Assembly: GCA_965218435.1 (NCBI GenBank) | Contig: CBDCKW010000009.1 | Coordinates: 3,840,001-3,904,000 of the forward strand | DNA: 64,000 bases | Reading direction: 5' to 3' | From: Truepera sp. | GTDB taxonomy: Bacteria; Deinococcota; Deinococci; Deinococcales; Trueperaceae | Part shown: piece by piece, positions 59,640 to 64,000 of the stretch | Position numbering within the stretch: position 1 is the stretch's first letter | Layout of the letters: every line of letters begins with the position of its first letter | Made by a program: the position numbers and the translations under genes | Notes under the pieces: model-generated | What the model was told of the DNA's origin: nothing | Databases searched by the model: none | Seen by the model: the letters and a program-made list of their open reading frames with translations, nothing else

Positions 59640-59739
59640 GCCCCGCCAGTATTCAGCGGCACCTGACGATCACCCCTTATGGCTGCTTCTTCCGACCTGA
59701 CCAGGTTCGAGGGTCGCCACCGCGCTGAGCCGACGGAGC
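59640..59739 (-). ncRNA. ffs: Signal recognition particle RNA (4.5S)
   Basis: Long hairpin GCTCCGTCGG...CTGGCGGGGC containing GAACC..GGTCAGG-TC-GGAA-GA-AGCAGCC; TTGCAG-N18-TAACCT promoter upstream; T-tract downstream. Confidence 0.85.
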
Positions 59740-60153
59740 GAACCGTAGGTTAGCACAGCAAAGTAGACCGCTGCAAATCTAGGTGACGCCAACACACAAA
59801 ACTTTTACGGGGCAAAAAGCGGCTTGCGTGTATGGACCGCAAAGCCTTGAGTCGCTACTTCGGAAAACCGAGCCTACGTGAAAAGCTTACGGGCGACGCG
59901 GCTGATGGCGGTAGTCAGGGATTGGCCGTAACCCTGCAGACGCCCGCCACAGCTGCACCGTGCTCTATGTGCCGCGCGAGTTTTCGCGTCCGCTACCCGA
60001 GACAGTGACTTTGGGGACCGACTCGTCGGCTTTTGGATGCCGGTGACGGCACCATCACGCTCGCCTGTCCCGCAAACGAAGCACTCTCGGCCCGGTCGCT
60101 GAGCTTGCCTAATACTTTGCGGACGCCCCGAGCAAGCTGCTAGGCTGGCCCGT

Positions 60154-61017
60154 ATGACTTTAGCCACCGCGTTTGACGTGACGAAAAAAGCACTCCAAGG
60201 GTTTGGCAAACACGAGATGACGACCTACGCGGCGGCCTTGTCGTATCAAGTCTTTTTCTCTCTCTTTCCGTTTCTCATCTTTTTGATCTCACTGCTCGGT
60301 TTTTTAGGGATTCCTGAGTTTTTTAGCTGGTTGCAGCAGCAGGTAACAAACATCGTTCCGGCTCAAGCCGCGCAACAGGTCAATACAGTCATCAGTCAGT
60401 TACAGCAGCCGCAGGGCGGTCTGCTCTCGTTTGGGATTGTCTTGGCGCTCTGGTCGGCTTCGGCGGCGGTGCGGGCGGTGATGAACGCCATCAACACCGC
60501 CTACGAGGTCAAAGAGGGACGTCCGACGTGGAAACTCTACTCTTTGTCGCTGCTGTACACGCTCGGGCTGGCGCTGCTTTTAATCCTTTCCGCCGCGCTG
60601 ATGATTCTAGGGCCGCAAGCGGTCACGTGGCTGGGCGTACGACTCGGACTCGGCGGTGTGGTCGTCACCTTATGGAACATCTTGCGTTTGCCACTTCTAA
60701 TTCTGCTCCTGACGCTGAGTGTCGCGCTTATCTACTATTTTACGCCCGACGTGCAGCAGCGGTTTCGGCTGATTACGCCCGGTACGGTGGTGGCGGTGGT
60801 CGTTTGGCTGTTAGCGTCGCTCGGGTTTAGCCTCTACGTGCAAAACTTCGCCAACTACAACGCGACCTACGGCAGTTTGGGGGCGATTATCATCTTGCTC
60901 TTTTACTTTTACCTCTCGGCGGCCATTTTGCTCTTCGGCGCGGAGTTAAACGCGGTGCTCGAGGACCGCCGCACCGACGGCAAAAACCTGGGCGAAAAAA
61001 CGTTGCCGAACGCATGA
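60154..61017 (+). CDS. YihY/BrkB-family membrane protein
   Basis: AAALSY..FFSLFP, LWSAS, YNATYGSLGA, GAELN. Confidence 0.92.
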   Translation: MTLATAFDVTKKALQGFGKHEMTTYAAALSYQVFFSLFPFLIFLISLLGFLGIPEFFSWLQQQVTNIVPAQAAQQVNTVISQLQQPQGGLLSFGIVLALWSASAAVRAVMNAINTAYEVKEGRPTWKLYSLSLLYTLGLALLLILSAALMILGPQAVTWLGVRLGLGGVVVTLWNILRLPLLILLLTLSVALIYYFTPDVQQRFRLITPGTVVAVVVWLLASLGFSLYVQNFANYNATYGSLGAIIILLFYFYLSAAILLFGAELNAVLEDRRTDGKNLGEKTLPNA

Positions 61018-61505
61018 CGAGTCTGGTAAACGGTATCATCATCGTTTTGGGTGCGCCTAACGACGCCTCGGGGAACTTGTCGAGCATCGCCGTAGAAAGG
61101 TGTCTGGAAGCCGCCGCAGTTTATCGGCGTCAGACCGGATTTAGGGTCTTACCAACGGGCGGGTTTGGCGACTTTAACCCAGCAAACAAGCCGCACGCAC
61201 ACTACACCCGCAGCTTTTTGTTGGCGCTGGGCGTCTCTGCCGAGGATATTTTAGAACCTGCACTAAGTCGGTTTACGCTCGAGGACGCTACCCTTTCTCA
61301 ACCTGTCGTGGTTCAGCATAGCGTCAAAGACCTTATCGTTGTGACCTCGGACTTTCACCGTAAAAGAGTTGAGCTGATTTTTAGGCGAACGTTTGCGGGC
61401 TACAATTTGTCGTTTAAAGGTAGCAAAACAAACTTGCCCCGAACAGAACTCAGCGCCCTACTTCACCATGAAGAAAAAGCTATCGCCCGGTTAGAGTGCC
61501 GCTGA
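61014..61505 (+). CDS. YdcF/DUF218-family protein
   Basis: IIVLG, TGG.G, E..SRFTLEDA, VVTSDFH.KR. Confidence 0.85.
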   Translation: MTSLVNGIIIVLGAPNDASGNLSSIAVERCLEAAAVYRRQTGFRVLPTGGFGDFNPANKPHAHYTRSFLLALGVSAEDILEPALSRFTLEDATLSQPVVVQHSVKDLIVVTSDFHRKRVELIFRRTFAGYNLSFKGSKTNLPRTELSALLHHEEKAIARLECR

Positions 61506-61516
61506 GGTCTCTTTCT

Positions 61517-61781
61517 CTAAAGTTTACACTGCTGCAACGCGTGGTTCAGCCCGCCCACCCGGTACCAGTGGTAGCCGTGTGCCCCTGGTACAATCCGGTG
61601 AACGTCCCCTTGCCTCGCTCGGCTCAGTTAAGTTGACCAATACTTCACTCCCCGGCCCGTCTAGTTTGAAATCAAGCTCGAGCGGTTCCCCTGCAAAGTT
61701 GTGCAAAGTAATTGGGGCGTTCAAGGTCTCCAAGTCGAGGCTGTAAGTCACGGCGTTTTTGTACCGGAGGTCTCGGGTCAT
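61517..61781 (-). pseudogene. Collapsed trehalose synthase (TreS-like, GH13) gene
   Basis: N-terminus DLRYKNAVTYSLDLET joined directly to C-terminal TLHNF and, frameshifted, HGYHWYRVGGL; catalytic core absent. Confidence 0.7.
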
Positions 61782-61868
61782 GAGGTATTCGTTTCGGGTT
61801 GTACCTTTTGACTTGGGGTTCGCTACCTTTTTGGAGAGGGCAGGCTGATATATCCGCTTTGGTAAAAG

Positions 61869-62825
61869 CTAACGTATTAGGCGGCCTTGATCCCCCCCAA
61901 GTAGCTGCTCCAATTCTGTTCTCGAGGTACTCACCATATCGCCGTGCTGGGAGAGTGCCAGAGCTGCTAACACGGTGCCGCGTCTCATCCCCTCAACAAT
62001 ATCCCCGTCTAAAAAACCGTCGATCACGCCCGCCGTAAACGCGTCGCCTGCGCCGAGGCGGTCTATGATCTCAGCAGCCCCGGCGCTGACTTGAATCAGC
62101 TCTCCGCCAACCAGCGTCGCTGAACCCGCGCCCGAACGGGTGAGCACCACGTGCGCCGCGCCCGAGAGGTCGTGTAGCTGCTGCAGCGTAGCCTTGGGGG
62201 AGCCTGAAATACCGAACACTGTATGTGCGTCACCCTCACCGCAGATGAGAATGTCAACATTTTTTAAGACAGGCGTCAGTTTTTCCCTGGCAGTTTCCGC
62301 CGACCAGAGTTTGCTGCGGTAGTTCACATCGAAGCTCGTCGTGATATCTTTGTCTCTCGCCTGTTCACAAGCCTCTTGCACAACGTCGTAACAGCCCTGA
62401 CTCAGCGCCGCCGTAATACCCGTCAGGTGAAGCACGCGGGTATCGAGGAGATAGTTCCAGTCCACGTCTTTGGGGGTCAAGGTGCTGACGGCGGCGTCGG
62501 CCCGGTCGTAAATCACGTGAACGGCGCGCGGCGGGGCGGCAAACTCTACATAATAGGTGCCTACCCTGCCCGCTTTAAGCACCACGGCGCGGCTGTCAAT
62601 GCGGGCCGCCGCCAGTTCGCGCAAGATAAACCCGCCCAGGTCATCCTCCGGTAAGGCGCTCACCCAGCCGCAACTCCGACCGAGCGCGCTCAGCGCCCCC
62701 AACACGTTGGTCTCAGCGCCCCCGGCGTGAACATCTAGTTGCTGCATTTTGGTCAAGCGGTGTCCGGGGGGCGTGCTCAGGCGGAGCATCGTTTCACCAA
62801 AGGCTGTCACTTCAAAGCTGGGCAC
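61869..62825 (-). CDS. kdgK: 2-keto-3-deoxygluconate kinase (PfkB family)
   Basis: GETMLRL, GGAETNV, YDR, FDVNYR, DRLGAGDAF; downstream of eda. Confidence 0.85.
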   Translation of the reverse strand: MPSFEVTAFGETMLRLSTPPGHRLTKMQQLDVHAGGAETNVLGALSALGRSCGWVSALPEDDLGGFILRELAAARIDSRAVVLKAGRVGTYYVEFAAPPRAVHVIYDRADAAVSTLTPKDVDWNYLLDTRVLHLTGITAALSQGCYDVVQEACEQARDKDITTSFDVNYRSKLWSAETAREKLTPVLKNVDILICGEGDAHTVFGISGSPKATLQQLHDLSGAAHVVLTRSGAGSATLVGGELIQVSAGAAEIIDRLGAGDAFTAGVIDGFLDGDIVEGMRRGTVLAALALSQHGDMVSTSRTELEQLLGGDQGRLIR

Positions 62826-63492
62826 TGGAAACCTGGGTGCCGGGAACTTGGGTACCGGCCCTCGCTTCTGCGAGTGTACGAGTCAGCACCGTAGCGCGTC
62901 CCTTCAGCGCGCCCAGCTCTTCGGGCGTGATGGCGACGTTTTGGACGAGCGCACTCCCGACGCCGAACGCAACTGCTCCGGCCCGGTGAAAGTCGGTGAT
63001 GGTTTTAGCGGTGACGCCGCCTGTAGGGATAAAGTCAATGTGCTCCAAGGGTGCCCGCAGAGCTTTGAGATAAGCGGGACCGCCTGTGTCGGCAGGAAAG
63101 AGCTTAACTGTGCTGCAGCCTGCCGCAAACGCCGCTTGCGCTTCAGAAGCCGTAAAGACACCCGGCAGGAGTAGCACATTTTGCTGCGCCGCCACCCTTA
63201 CTGAAGGCAGGTCTAAGCAGGGCGCGATTAAAAATGACGCGCCCGCGTCTACCGCTTTTGTCACGTCCTCAGCTGCCCTAACGGTGCCCGCGCCGACGAG
63301 TAGGTCAGGGCCGAACTGACGCTGCAACTCGGGGATGGCCGTGAGTGCGTGGGCGCTGTTGAGCGTTACCTCGGCAATTCTGACGCCGCCCGCGAGCAGA
63401 GCTTCGGCAAGCTGCAGGGTCTCTTTGACGCTAAACGTGCCCCGAATGATGCTGATCAGCCCGTCTTCGTAGAGTTGGTGTTTGACTTGCAT
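62812..63492 (-). CDS. eda: KDPG/KHG aldolase
   Basis: IIRG, EVTLNS, GAGTV, KLFPA, PTGGV; start ATG 63492. Confidence 0.9.
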   Translation of the reverse strand: MQVKHQLYEDGLISIIRGTFSVKETLQLAEALLAGGVRIAEVTLNSAHALTAIPELQRQFGPDLLVGAGTVRAAEDVTKAVDAGASFLIAPCLDLPSVRVAAQQNVLLLPGVFTASEAQAAFAAGCSTVKLFPADTGGPAYLKALRAPLEHIDFIPTGGVTAKTITDFHRAGAVAFGVGSALVQNVAITPEELGALKGRATVLTRTLAEARAGTQVPGTQVSSAQL

Positions 63493-63687
63493 CTGTACTC
63501 CGTTCTCAAACTTGTCTGAACGCTGGGCCTCGAGCTTGCCCAGAATCACGATCACATCACCTGCGGCAACGCGTCTGCGCATAACGCTAGGTTCTATGTT
63601 TCGAGGCTCTTTATCCGGTTCTTTGTCTTTTCACTGTACGGTTATCATAAACTCCTTACAACCTGAAGGCAAAGCAGTACACGCTAA

Positions 63688-63718
63688 AAGTGCAGCCCCA
63701 AGTATTCGGGCTGCACTT
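63688..63718 (-). terminator. Terminator downstream of tRNA-Lys
   Basis: AAGTGCAGCCC/GGGCTGCACTT stem; T-run on the minus strand. Confidence 0.75.
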
Positions 63719-63744
63719 AATTTGTACCTCTCTAACCGTTTCCT

Positions 63745-63820
<76 letters not shown>

Positions 63821-64000
63821 AAGGCTTACAGCTTACTGTTTGTGCCTCCGGTCGAGTGTCGGCTGCAGTCCGGTATTAGGGTTTTACAGCTCGAGCCGCC
63901 GCTCAGTCGTCCGCTCTAACAAATACGCGTCATGAGAGACCAGCAGAAGCGTGCCGGGAAAGTCTGTTAGGGCGGCCTCGAGCATCTCTACACTGACGTA

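Noticed and set aside
63493..63650. Upstream extension of eda, or a small gene after the AAGGAG RBS
   Set aside because: Stop after 5 codons; no recognisable homology

Overview
Chromosomal window of a moderately GC-rich bacterium. Gene content and order point to Deinococcota, probably Truepera-like (Thermus-type 7Fe ferredoxin, Thermus-like SRP RNA, efp-accB-accC-nusB-folD); this assignment is inference. Core genes include bdbCD-like oxidoreductases, copZ, sodA, an S8 protease, an ExeM nuclease-comEA-comEC-kinase-holA block, Lpt-like genes, rel, kdgK-eda, ffs and tRNA-Lys(CTT). The accessory content has four parts. (1) About 32.9-41.5 kb, between IS5 and IS4 relics: a probably GntR-controlled CMD / signal-less TAXI-like / Kelch / MBL / cupin operon plus a DUF2231-DUF3500-HupE module. 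(2) About 42-50.7 kb: a two-component-linked Tat molybdoenzyme/thioredoxin module with phased GTGAY boxes. (3) An AT-richer HTH-MTase-REase cassette directly downstream of ffs. (4) An IS982 element, a 113-bp MITE and several collapsed pseudogenes. Two window-wide signals stand out: strong over-representation of CTCGAG and intergenic hairpins built from degenerate 7-mers. No CRISPR array was seen. All family calls come from motif recognition by eye, not from database searches.
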